Origin: Squalus acanthias
Lineage: Eukaryota
Length of the DNA stretch: 64,000 nt
NCBI GenBank assembly: GCA_030390025.1
Contig: CM059432.1
Span: forward strand, 121,770,001 to 121,834,000
Direction of reading: 5' to 3'
Positions 37,632 to 49,897 of this stretch are shown piece by piece. Position numbers and translations under genes: made by a program. Below the pieces are notes generated by a model that was given only the letters and a program-made list of their open reading frames with translations, did no database searches and was not told where the DNA came from. The first letter of the stretch is position 1; each line of letters starts with the position of its first letter.

Positions 37632-38539
37632 TACACAGGGCTTTGCGCAGAGCTTGGAGCCCATGATTTCCAATATGGAAAGGATGGGCAACTCCATTAG
37701 CGCAATTGTGGACCCAACCATGATGCAGCGTCTGATGGCCGATGTCTCAGCTTCCATCACAATGCTTCCATTGCAGCACAAGCAGAAGCCACCCAGCGTC
37801 TGGGTTCTGCAGTGGAAGCTCAGACTTCTGTCACGCAAGGTCAGACTGCTGCCATCGTGGCTTGGTTTACCAGTGTTGAAAGGGGCTTGCAGGGTGTCAC
37901 AGCAGTCCAGCAATCTGTCCTCTAACAGCATTCGTGCTCCTGCCCCTGCAACTCTGCCAGTGCCCTTGCTGTTGTCTGTCAGCCAGCCAGCCCAGACTGC
38001 TGCTGCCCATGCCGAGGTGGTGCTGTCTACAGCCGGGCCTTCTAGACCCAGAGCTGCTCGAGGTCATCCTTCAAGGCCATCTGCAGTCTGCTCCACTGAA
38101 AGTCAGCAGCCTTCCACCAGCCATGCTGCAGCCATTGGGGTAGCACTGCGTAGGAGCACTAGGACAGGCAAAGGCACACGGAAGACAGGCACTAAGGGAA
38201 TGCACAAGGGTGATTAGTTGACTTTGTTATGTAATATTGGATTGATTGATTTATAAATGTGGTTTGGAATGTTTGTTTTGTCTTGGCTTTCATTTCAGCT
38301 TTGTGTTCAAGAGAACACTGTGATGTTCCGTGACAGAGGGATGGTGATGTGGGGAAGTGTTGAGCAATGGGGATCAGGAATTTCATTCAGGGGAACTGAC
38401 GTTTGATGATGCACTCATGGACAGCCCATCCGGAACATGGATATGCAGGATGCCTCCTCCCTTCCTCCTCCTGAGGTGGTCACGGAACCTGTGGTTGGCA
38501 GGTCTGTGCCCTCATGATGGCCAAGTTGTGGAAGATGCA

Positions 38540-38998
38540 GCATACTGCCACGAATTGGGATCTCTTGATTGGCACCCCATCCACCACCTTAAACATTCAC
38601 TACCTCCACCACCGGCGCACCGTGGCTGCAGTGTGTACCATCTACAAGATGCACTGCAACAACTCGCCAAGGCTTCTTCAGCAGCACCTCCCAAACCCGC
38701 GACCTCTTCCACCTAGAAGGGCAAGGGCAGCAGGCGCATGGGAACACCACAACCTCCAAGTTCCCCTCCAAGTCACACACCATCCTGACTTGGAAATATA
38801 TCGCCGATCCTTCATCATTGCTGAGTCAAAATCCTGGAACTCCCTCCCTAACAGCACTGTGGGAGTACCTTCACCACGCGAACTGCAGCGGTTCAAGAAG
38901 GCGGCTCACCACCACCCTCTCAAGGGCAACTAGGGATGGGCAATAAAGGCTGGCCTTGCCAGCGACGCCCACACCCCAAAAATGAATTTAAAAAAAAG
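38540..38998 (+). mobile_element. LINE 3' fragment (CR1-group, KKAAHHH.LKGN type)
   Basis: LHHRRTVAA...SWNSLP...FKKAAHHH.LKGN; A-rich tail. Confidence 0.8.
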
Positions 38999-40131
38999 AA
39001 TCAAACGATTTGAGGACTGTAGGTGAGGAAATAATTTTAATTTATTCAAGACTGGCAATGAAATTTGATAAAAGGGAACACAAACAGTTTTCTGGTCCAG
39101 TTCATGCAACTCCAATTTCTAATGACAATCAGTGTATGCACATCTCTTGTAATTTCTTGCCTCTCCATAAATGAATATAGCAAAAGAATTACACCTTATT
39201 ATTCACAGCTTATTTAGCAAAATGTATTTTAAATGTTTTTATTCTCAGTGCTTTGAGTGCTTAATGATAAATAGAATGCGCAGGTGGGATTTGGCTCTGT
39301 GACAAACCAGCTATGTTGATTTTGCAATGATAAATGCTTGTCAGAGATAGAGGTGGAATCTGGAAGACAGATCTACTTGGCTCACTGCTCAGATCTTAAA
39401 AGAGAGTTGTTTACTGCTTATTGACACTTTTAGTTGAAAGGCCCAATCCTTTCGATAATTTGTAATCTGATAATGTTGCCTTTTCCCACTCGTTGACACA
39501 AATCCTTTCTGCGCTTATACATACAGGACACGGCACCACTGAGAGAGTGCATGTGTCCGACGGCCATGAGTGAATTCTGACAGTTTATGGAAACAAAGCA
39601 AATACTTTTCGGTGGATGTCAATAATACACTGCTGTGCTTATTCTTATCATAGCCTTTAAATGCCTTCAGGAATATGTCAAGCAGGTTACCCTGAAATAA
39701 TAATTAACTGCATTTTTTGTTTACTTTTCACATCAGTTGTGATTCTAGGCAGTGGTATTATTGCAGATGCCCAAAGAATAAATATATTATCGAGTGAAGA
39801 TGAACCCTCTGATATGATATCAATGTGTGCCACAAAGAACCACAGCAAAACACAACAGCAATGACATTATGGGATAGGTTAATACTCTACAATTGCAATA
39901 GGGAGGACTCACAGCAAAACTTAAACTTAAATAAAAAAAATGTGATGGCCTGTACAGTCCTATCATTGCTTCCTGAAAATAAATATGTCATATGACAGAA
40001 TCACTGCTCTTCAGACTCTGTGCTTGTCGTGCTGCCATTGAACTATAATGAGAGTTGATCTCATTAGAATAAATATTCAAGGGTCCCAGAATACATTTTA
40101 TGATCTGATGAGCTCAGGGGTAGGATTATCT

Positions 40132-40735
40132 TCTTTTTAATTAATTGCTGGGATATGGGCATCACTAGCAAGGCCAGCATTTATTGCCCATCCCTAATTG
40201 CCCTTGAGAAGGTGGTGTTGAGCCACCTTCTTGAACCGCTGCAGTCCATGTAGTGAAGGTACTCCCACAGTGCTGTTAGCTAGGGAGTTCCAGGATTTTG
40301 ACCCAGCGACGATGAAGGAAAGGCGATATATGTCCAAGACCAAATGGCGTGTGGCTTGGAGGGGAAATTGGAGGTGGCGGTGTTCCCATGCGTTTACCAC
40401 CCTTGTCCTTCTAGGAGGTTGTGGGTTTGGGGGGTGCTTTCTAAGAAGCCTTGAGCAGTTGCTGCAGTGAATCCTGTAGACAGGACACACTGCAGCCATG
40501 GTGTGCTGGTGGTTGAGGGAATACATGTTTAAGATGGTGGATGGGTTGCTGATCAAGCGGGCTGCTTTGTCCTGCCTGGTGTCGAGCTTCTTGAGTGCTG
40601 TTGCAACTGTACCCATCCAGGCAAGTGGAAAGTATTCCATCACACTCCTGACTTATGCCTTGTAGGTGGTGGAGAGGCTTTGGGGAGTCAGAAGGTGCGT
40701 CACTCATCGCAGAATACCTAGCCTCTGACCTGTTC
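40132..40735 (-). mobile_element. Same LINE family, 3' fragment
   Basis: MEY..LAW...FKKVAQHHLLKGN. Confidence 0.8.
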
Positions 40736-41894
40736 TGAAAAAGGTTTTACATGTATGCACGGATAGTATGCTGGGAAAATCTGCGAACTGCTCATGCTCA
40801 AAATGCACAGATGTTGTTTGAAGCTCAGTGAAGTTATTCTGAGGTAGAAATATCCATTCAAAGCTTTTGAGACAGACTACAATCTTGAAGGACAAACTCT
40901 AAAAATGGCATTGAAGACACAAAAGACAAATCAATAGATAAATGTAATCATTGTATGTGAAATATGTAAGTTTTTGAGTTTAAAACCTTGTATTGGTCAT
41001 TAGAAATTTCAGTTATTCAGTAAAAAATAGTAGACAATTTTTTAAAAGCTTATTTGATTGGTTCATGAATTAACTGTGCTGGGGAACTGTTGACCTAAGG
41101 AAATGTCATTTTCAAATATTTACATAGGAAATTTCAGTGTTAAATGTTGACATAAAAGTGATATTAAAATCAGGAAATAAGGTTTATTGAAAAAAAGAGC
41201 ATGCATCCATAAGTGTTGTAATCGTATATTAGCAGATCAACTGATATACCAGCAGATGCTGTTCATGGTGAGTTGTATGTTTTACAAGAGCAGGGTTGTT
41301 ATGCTGGGTAGTATTACTGGGGACACTGACTTATCGCCATTAGGGATGACGTTGTGAGCACTGGAATGGGGTCTCAGAGTCTAGTTATATTTTGAAGCGG
41401 AGGGTTTCAAGATCTAAGGCACTGGGAACTGGGTTTTTGGACTTCTGAAGCACTGGAGAAAGTGGAGAGAGAGTGTCTGGAAACATTGGATCAGGTCATC
41501 TGATGTGAATCACTGGAAGCGGGGTCCTGGGATCTGGGAACATGAAGGAAAGTGGTCCTAGTGCAAGGGAACTTTGGGGGTGACTCTGGAATCAGAAACC
41601 ATTTTGAAATGTGGCTGATGAGCTTCTGAGCACTGAAGGAAGATCTGGGATCATGGAGTGACGTGGATGTCAGAGGCGGGAGCCCTGGGGAGGTCTGCGG
41701 AGAGGGTTTTGAAGCACTTGGGAACTGATTGTGGAAACTTTGGGGCCTATTGCGATCTTGCCATACCGGGGAAGAGGGCCTCTCAGTCTTGTAGGGTAGT
41801 GGTCCAGAAGAATGGGATGTAAACTGCCCTTGGCCCCTTTCAAACCATTAGGCCCCAATCCCCCATCACCGTTCTGCCCATCCATAGCCTTGGG

Positions 41895-42212
41895 ATGAGA
41901 CGTTAAACTGAGGCCTCATCTGCTCTCTCAGGTGGACATAAAAGATCCTATGGCACTATTTCGAAGAAGAGCAGGGGAGTTATCCCCGGTGTCCTGGCCA
42001 ATATTTATCTCTCAATCAACATCACTAAAGAGATTACCTGGTCACTATCACATTGCTGTTTGTGGGAGCGTACTTGCGCACATTGGCTGCCGCGTTTCCT
42101 ACACTACAACAGTGACTACACTTCAAAAATAAAAGAACTTCATTGGCTGTAAAGCACTTTGGGGCATCTGGTGGTTGTGAAAGGGGTTAGATAAATGCAA
42201 TATCTTTCCTTT
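41895..42212 (+). mobile_element. 5'-truncated Deu-domain SINE (SacSINE1/AmnSINE1-like)
   Basis: TCAGGTGGAC.TAAAAGATCC.ATGGCACTATTTCGAAGAAGAG; L2-like tail; matches 61850-62150. Confidence 0.75.
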
Positions 42213-42867
42213 AAGTTATGCTGATGTACAGACTGCATGCTGAGAAATTCTGCCAACTGCACATGCTTAGCATGCACAGATATGGTTGAAGGTCCTGTTT
42301 AAGTGATGTGAGGTACAAATACCAGTTAATGTCCAAGTTTTTGACACAGGCTGAGGCCTCAAAGTAAAAACTTTAATGAAGGTATTAAAAGAGACAAAAG
42401 TTAAATCAACGAGTAAATTTAATCATGTTATTGTTTAATATGTAATTTTTGATGTTTCATTTTGTTTAGAACCTTATTTTGAACATGAGAAATTGCAATT
42501 CTGAAGAATAGGATGCAGATGGTAATGTTGAAAAATTACTATGTTGAGATAGGCTTTTGCATTATTAAGGTTAATACAGATTTTCATTATAACTGTTGAC
42601 CCAGGCAGTTTTAATGTTATATGTTGACATAAAAAATGGCTCAAAATTGTGACACAGGAAATAATGTTTGTGAGCAGAAAGTGCATTCCTTATATTGTTA
42701 ATATATATATATATATACACACAGATTGTCAGAGGAGAGTCACAATAAATGGCAGAAAATCATAACTTAGGATAAATATAGTTTGAGGTCAGACCCAACA
42801 TTGCATGTGTGCAAACTGGCCCAGGCCTGAGAAAATTGCCATTAAAACACTTAATTAAAAATACAAT

Positions 42868-43600
42868 GGGGTCAATATTAACTCCCCCTACAATGGGCGG
42901 GAGAGAGCCGGGGGTGGGGGAGGGGGTTTAAAATTAAAAATTGCAAAACACAACCCCAACTCGCCGCTTACGCGCCATTTTTACGGCAGCTGGTTGCGTG
43001 CTTTTTTCGTGGCTTGGAGAGGCGGGACACTTCATTATAATATTTAAATCAGGCTCCCACAGTGCAGTGCGAAGCCTGATTTAGATTTATCGCTGGCCAG
43101 CCAGTTGTCCCAGGGCTTGGGGAATCCGGCAGCTAAATGGAGACGGGAGCAGCCGGATCAAGCAGGTAAGTGCTTTTTATAGCACTGTTTGTGAGCTAAG
43201 AGGAGCAGGAGTGCTCGCCCAACCCCTCAAGTAAATCTTTTGGCGATGGCGGCCTCTGCTCGCCGCCGCAATCAACCAACACCCACTTCCAACCCCGATC
43301 TTTGCCTCCCTCTGTCCCTCCCGAGTGTCGTGCTTCGAGCCCCACCACCAAGCCCCCATGTTTTCCAATTGCTTGGGACCATCCCCAGCAGTCCCAGGCT
43401 GTGGCCTTCTACCTCTGCTTTCCTGCCTGGCAGCCGGCCAGCCTGTCTATTTGGACGATTGCCAGGCAGAAAACAGAATTAAAAAATTGTATTGAGGTCC
43501 TGCCGTTAGATTTGGCGGGACCGCCACGTTACCTGGATTTTCAGGTTTCAGCCCCGCAACCGCGCCCCCCTATTCCCTCCCTGCCTCCCTGTATCGCGTT
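42868..43600. mobile_element. Harbinger-type MITE fragment
   Basis: GGGGTCAATATT start; GC-rich; CAGGTAAGT; right TIR not seen. Confidence 0.5.
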
Positions 43601-43607
43601 CAACCAT

Positions 43608-44128
43608 CCATAAACTTGAGCTCATCCAAAACTCTGCTGCCCATGTCCTAACTCGCACCAAGTCCCGTTCACCCCTGTGCTCGCTGACTTACATTGGCTC
43701 CCGGTTAAGCAACGCCTCAATTTTAAAATTCTCATCCTTCTTTTCAAATCCCTCCATGGCCTCACCCCTCCCTACCTCTGTAATCTCCTCCAGCCTCCCA
43801 CCCCCCCTCACCCGCCGAGATACCTGCGCTCCTCTAATTTTGCCCTCTTGAGAATCTCTGATTATAATCGCTCCACCATTGGTGGCCATGCCTTCAGCTG
43901 CCGAGGCCCTAAGCTCTGGAATTCCCTCCCTAAACGTCTCTGCCTCTCTACCTCTCTTTCCTCCTTTAAGACGCTCCTTAAAACCTACCTCTTTGACCAA
44001 GCTTTTGGTCATCTGCCCTAATATCTCCTTATGTGGCTCAGTGTCAAATGGTTTTATAATACTCCTGTGAAGCACCTTGGGACGTTTTACTACATTAAAG
44101 GCGCTATATAAATACAAGTTTTTGTTGT
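43608..44128 (+). mobile_element. L2 3' fragment
   Basis: LADLHWLPVKQR...KTYLFDQAF; tail ACAAGTTTTTGTTG. Confidence 0.88.
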
Positions 44129-44659
44129 AAATATCGGGGCCAATGTATCAACTGAAATAATGAAAGTATAACTGGCACCGAAATCCCCAGTAGAATACAA
44201 TTGAAGAGAATGATGTTGTTGAACATTGACCCCTGTGCTCCCACATGTTCAACTCAGCATAAACCATGGTGTGACAATCCAGTGACAAAAGCAATAAAGA
44301 TGAATTGTGCCAGATCACACAATGAAAGCAGACTTAGAGAAATCCACGGGCCCCCGTCCAAAGTACTCAGGCCTCTGAACTCATAGGAAGGCCGATCAAA
44401 AATCCGCAACCAAGCCCGTATAGAGAATCCAAACTTCAGCACTGGAGCAGAACCCAAAGCCAAGGTCCTAGAGAGAGGTGCGATGTTTGTGCAAAGGAAA
44501 GTTGTTCCAAGCACTTCTGAGACAAAAAAGGTAAATTTTATAGCTAAGCTTAACAATTTAGTGGACAATTATCTAATTTTTAACCTATTTACTGTGCGAT
44601 AAATTTAACTGAAAGTGTAAATAGCTGATAATAGCTGCGGAAAGCAAGATGGCAGCTTT

Positions 44660-44806
44660 TCTTTTATTCATTCATGGGATGTGGGTGTCGCTGGCAAGGC
44701 CAGCATTTATTGCCCGTTCCTAATTGCCCTTGAGAAAGTGGTGGAGAGCCGCCTTCTTGAACCTCTGCAGTCCGTGTGGTGAAGGTGTCCCACAGTGCTG
44801 TTAGTG
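44660..44806 (-). mobile_element. KKAAHHH-type LINE or SINE tail
   Basis: Matches 40140-40280. Confidence 0.7.
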
Positions 44807-44964
44807 ATTTTCAAAGGATGCAAGACTTAGACCAATCCGAATGCTTTGCACGCTATAACACGTCGAAAAATTTCCCACATTCTATAAATCTTTACTATAT
44901 TTTACAGATGCAGATTAGACGCAAGAGTTTTATACATTGGCTTATTTCTGACAGTTACGAGATT

Positions 44965-45729
44965 GGACCAGAAATTCGGGTCTCCACGGGTGAGTACGCG
45001 CTGGGTACTCACCCGTAGACCCAACGAAAGTGCCGGTTTCGCGCATGCACTGCGCATGCGCTGGAAACCGGAACTTCCGTTCCCCTGAAGGAAAGGGTTC
45101 AGAGGTCGAACGCGTGCGCCGGAGAGGCAGCGCATAGACCTCGAAGTTTGGGATTTTTTTCAGGTTTCACCGTGAGGGGAAGTACGGAGAAGCTGCACGG
45201 GGAAAAAGGAGAAGCAAGGCCTGCTTTTAACAAGGTAAGTGGTGAATTAAGTACAATTTAAACATTTTTTCCACAGGTTTATCTTTTTTACATACTTTAA
45301 AGAAAGGTAAGTTTATTTTTAGCACCGTTAAAAAGTGTAATTAATTTTTTCAAAAATAAAATTTTTTGTTTAAAGTAGTTAATTTATGTAATTTATAGTT
45401 ATTTTAAAAATGTGATGTTTTCTTAAAAAATTATTTGAAGTTTTAGTGAGGTTTTGGGGCTGATCTCTATTCATAGATTTGACAGGTTTTCCTGTCAAAT
45501 CTATGAATGAAGATTCCCTGCGCCGATTGGCTCTCCGTGGCCCACGTGATCCCAGGGGACGCTTCGAACTAGTTGTGCCCCTGGGATACGCAAGCACTGC
45601 GCGCCGGCAGCTGGAGGATGCCCAGGAGCCGAATTCCACGCGGGCCCACAGCACAACTGCAGACGCGGTATCCAAATGCAGGTCGGGGGTTTGCACCCGC
45701 GGGAAGCCCCCGACCCGAATTTCTGGCCC
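44965..45729. mobile_element. AT-core MITE
   Basis: TIR GGACCAGAAATTCGGG / CCCGAATTTCTGGCCC; AT core; perfect 18-bp hairpin. Confidence 0.85.
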
Positions 45730-45889
45730 AATATTGTAAGGTTGCTTCCATGGAACACTGAGATTTTAACAGATGACGAATCATGCTCGATACTAGACAA
45801 AGAAATAAAGTTAATTTAAGGAAAAGGCAACAGCTAAGTGTCTTAATTAACTGAAAGCTTCCATTTCCACAATGGATCCTGTGAAAAAA

Positions 45890-48690
45890 AACAACTTTCA
45901 TTTACATAGCGTTCTTAAAAAAATGTTGCAAGGCATTTCACAGAGGCATAACCGAAAAAAATGAACGCCAAGCCAAAGAAGGATATATAATGAGAGATGA
46001 CCAAAACCGTGGGCAAAGAGGTAGGTTTTAAGGACGGTTTTAAAGGAAGAGATGGAGGTGGACAGTTGGAGGGGTTTAGGAAGTGAATTCCAGAGCATGG
46101 TGCTTAGGATGCTAAACTCAGAGCCGCCAATGATGGGGCGAAGTGGGAGATGCAGAACGAGGCCAAAGTCAGAGGAAGAGAGAGTTTGGGGAGCTTGTAG
46201 AGCTGGAGGAAATTATAGAAATAGGGAGGGTTGAGTTCATGAAGGGATTTAAACATGAGGATGATCATTTTAAATTGGAGGCTTTGGGGGACCAGAATCA
46301 AGTAGGTCAGCAAGGACAAGAGTAATGCATGAGAAAGAATTGGTGCAGGATAGGAAAAGGGCAGCAGAGTTTTGGATGAGCTGAAGTTTACAGAGGGTGG
46401 ATGATGGGAGGCCAGGTCAGGAGAGCATTGGAATGGTTGAGTCTGGAGGTGTCAAAGACATAGATATGTGTTGTAAAGTTTCGCAATTATCGCGATTCGA
46501 AATAACAAGAAAGAAGCAGATTCGTTTGATCAGTTTTATTAAACGAAATGCTGTCCTGATTATAAAGGACACAGAAGCCTGTAAAATGGCCACCGCGCAT
46601 CGTGGCAGAAGCTTCCAGAATTACAGTGGGCAGACAAGGTGGCGTTCGAATAAACATTTCAATATAAGATGGGATCATACTCGATAAACACTGATAAAGA
46701 CAGGATGCAACCTGTTTACATTTGTGACAATAGCAAAAGATATAAGTGCTGGAATCGTTTTCCATGCACAAGTAAGAACCATTGTACTGGGCAATCGAAG
46801 GCCCATCCAGACACATCAATACACAAATACCCCCACGGCTCTACAATGAGAGAGACATTGACGGGTGATTAAACAAGTATTCGGGGGCCCCCAAAACCAG
46901 TCAGGGAGACGATTCATACGATCCTGGCTGGGTCAACAATGGGGAAAACATTAACGGGTAGTTGGCCAGTTTCAGGTGCTACCGAAACCCGTTAAAGAGA
47001 AGAATCGCCCCATGCTGGGAGGTTTGAGCGCCAACATTTCACAAAGGACAAACATTAAGATTTGGGCGGGAGATAAGGGAACACAGCACTATAACTATAG
47101 TGAACAAATGTCCATCTGTCTCTTATTCCCTTGATTCGACTCTTATTCTCCTGACTCGCTCGATCGCGGGCTGAAGCTCTTCTCTGGGGCTGGACTCTGT
47201 TGACTCTGGACTTTTAGCCGTACTGGACGGTTATTCGAATGTTGGGTGGAGCTCAATCGGAACGAGCCGCCTCAACGAGGGCCAGTGACCGGGTGCACCA
47301 TCCCGAGAGTCGGTAAACGGTGTCTGGACCCGAAGGCCCAACAAGACAAGACGAAATGACAAGAAAAGAAGAAGAATCCACGTGCCGCCGCGGTCAGTAA
47401 ACCCCGACCGCGCCCGAAAATATAGGACCCATTTCTTGAATTCTATGGGTTATTGCACGAACCGGTTTTGGGTCCATCGAATTCCTCATAACAACAAGAA
47501 AGACTCTTCTTTGAATTCTACCGACAACTGGTGTCGGTACAGGAAGACTTTTCTTTGAGCTCTACAGCCGGGCCCGAGTTCTGTCGAGTTCTTCATGACA
47601 ACAGGGAGCCTGGCCTGCTTGCCGCAGCAGCGAAGATAAACAAGTGGGGTACAGAGACCCCTCCAAACACGTGACAGTCAGGCGCTGCAGCGAACGAGCC
47701 GAGTGCCTCACTTTAAAATTCTCCGAAGTATCACGAGTGGTGAGCATGTTTCACGATCCTACAAATCTAGATGTAGTGTAGGTATTGATAGGGGAGGGTG
47801 GTTTTATTAAGGTTAAAGTTTAATGTGTTCCCCTTTTTACGATGTGCCGTGCGTTCTTCATTACCATAGACCAAGCTTTATGAATGTATGTATACTTGTA
47901 CTCTCGTTAATTTGCGCCTATGACATGTACTTCATGATTTTGGACGCTATGCAATAAAGATTTCCATTTCGTACTATTCAACCAGGTCTATTTGAGTTTT
48001 TCTCTGCATTACTGCTCTCGCACCTATGTCCAGTGTTAGAACCGTAAGGGCGAGTGGGTCGAACCACTCACAGGTGCTTATTGCAACAAGGCTGGCCGGA
48101 GACCAGAGCAAGCAATAGTATTAGGCAACGAAGGCCTAACCTCACACCAGCACCGTCTGTGATACAAGCACGCCAAAACCCCTTACAGTGTATCAGCAGA
48201 AGATGGGCTGTGGTAGAGGTGGAGGCGGGCAATGTTACAGAGAAGTAAACAGTTTTTGTGATGGCGAGGATATAGGGTCAGAAACCCAGCTCAGGGTCAC
48301 ATAGGGCACCAAGAGTGTGAACAGTCTGGTTCAGCCTGAGACTGTGGCCAGGGAGGGGGATGAAATCATTGGCAAGGGTACAGACTTTGTGGTGGGGGCT
48401 GAAGGCAATAGCTTCTGTCTTTCAATTGTTTAACTGGAGGAAATTGCAGCTCATCCAAGATTGGATGTTGGACAAGCAGTCCAGGCAACAAATAGGCAGT
48501 GGAGGGGTTGAGACAAGTGGTGAAGAGGTAGCTGTGGAAACTGAGCTCATGTCTGTCGATGGTGTCACCAAGTAGATGAGGAAGAGAAGGGGGCCAATGA
48601 TGGGACTTTAGAGGTAATGGTACGGGGGCAGTGCTGAACATTCTCTGGCTACGATCAGATAGATAAAAATGGAACCAAGCGAGGGCGGTA
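45890..48690 (-). mobile_element. Degraded L2 split by the solo LTR
   Basis: LWNSLP..FKTVLKTYLF; L2 sequence resumes at 48192. Confidence 0.75.
46472..48187 (+). mobile_element. Solo LTR, 1716 bp
   Basis: TGTAA...TTACA termini; 4-bp TSD GTGT (46468-46471, 48188-48191); homologous to 18775-20421. Confidence 0.92.
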
Positions 48691-49897
48691 CATCATCAAT
48701 GACTATAGCCCATACATTATATAAATCAGAAGTTTAAAGCAGCTTTTAAAGTAAACCCCCAGCTGAAATTACTAATGTCAAACCTTTTAATACTAATTAC
48801 CTTGTAAAAATGGTCATATTGTAAGGTATGAAATCTTGAATGTATGATTGATTGTAAATTGATAATGCATCCCCTGTTCACAATGGCGTATTTTACTAAT
48901 TACATTACGGGTCCAACCTTAGCTGTTCAGTTCATGATGTCAAGTAATGAACAGTTCATGTGAAGTAAAGGAAGCAACATAATTTTTGGTAATAAAATCT
49001 GAGGCATAGTTTTAGGAATATAAACTTTTCAAAACTCACGTTTTTGATAAGGAATCCTATTATTTTTCAAGCATTTAAATGTGTGCTAAAAGTCATAGTA
49101 GTGTCTTCCCAACGCATTTCAGAAAAAAACAAAGTAATGCTGCAATTTTTAAAATTGTAACATTGGGCCGTATATTCCGATCCCTACGGGTGTTTACGAG
49201 CTGTGTACACACCCGTAGGGACATCGGAAATGCCAGTTTCAGGCATACACAGCGCATGCGCTGAAAACCGGCATTTCCGATCTGTCAAGAATGCTCTTCA
49301 CAGATCGGACGCCTGCCCTGGAGAAGGGCCTCCGTGGGCGGATAGTTCCGCTTTCTGGAGGCCCTCTGCCCGCAGAAAAACCTTAGGGGTAAAAATTCAC
49401 TTGGTTGCGCCTCCCGTTAGCGCCTTAAGAGGGCGCTGATGGGGCGTTAAGCCGCTAACGACCGGGCGCAGCGCTGTTTGCGCCGCTCGAGAACTTAACT
49501 TGAGATTGTGCGGCGGCGCTAAAACTTACCGCTGCGACCACCTGCGCGCGCAGATTGTGACGTCATTCCATGGTGCAACGCCCTTGGGGCGCCCCGGAGC
49601 GGAAATTGAGTGGCGCCCCCTGCCTTACCGCCTGGCGCTTCCAACGACCGGAAGACTGGAACGTTATCAATCGGTGTGGGGCTGGGGGGGGCGCTATTTA
49701 AAGGGGGCCTCTTCCTGTCTTTTTCTGTGGTCGACATTTATGCACCACTCGTTCTGAGAGAGAGAGAGAGATTCGGAGAGAGAGAGAGAGAGACTTCTAC
49801 ATTGACTCAACGCTTTGTGAGGTAGTTTTGCCTAGTTCATCCTAACTTTGTTGCTACTTTAGTTGCTGTACCTCATTACTTTTCTGGCAAAGAGAAT

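Larger units (their letters stand above)
33970..38500 (+). mobile_element. Harbinger copy 4 (left end + Myb-like gene remnants), interrupted by CR1 and Tx1; right end not found
   Basis: TAA|GGGGCTACAAATT start; MAQQSRERAPKFSDAALEALVQE (36161); C-terminal AGPSRPRAARGHP..LRRSTR (to 38217). Confidence 0.7.

Noticed and set aside
44254..44568. Possible host exon (minus-strand ORF with an acceptor-like site)
   Set aside because: No recognisable homology, no partner exons and no donor site.
18775..48187. A single 29-kb LTR element between the two LTRs
   Set aside because: The second LTR has its own TSD inside an L2 and is clearly diverged from the first.
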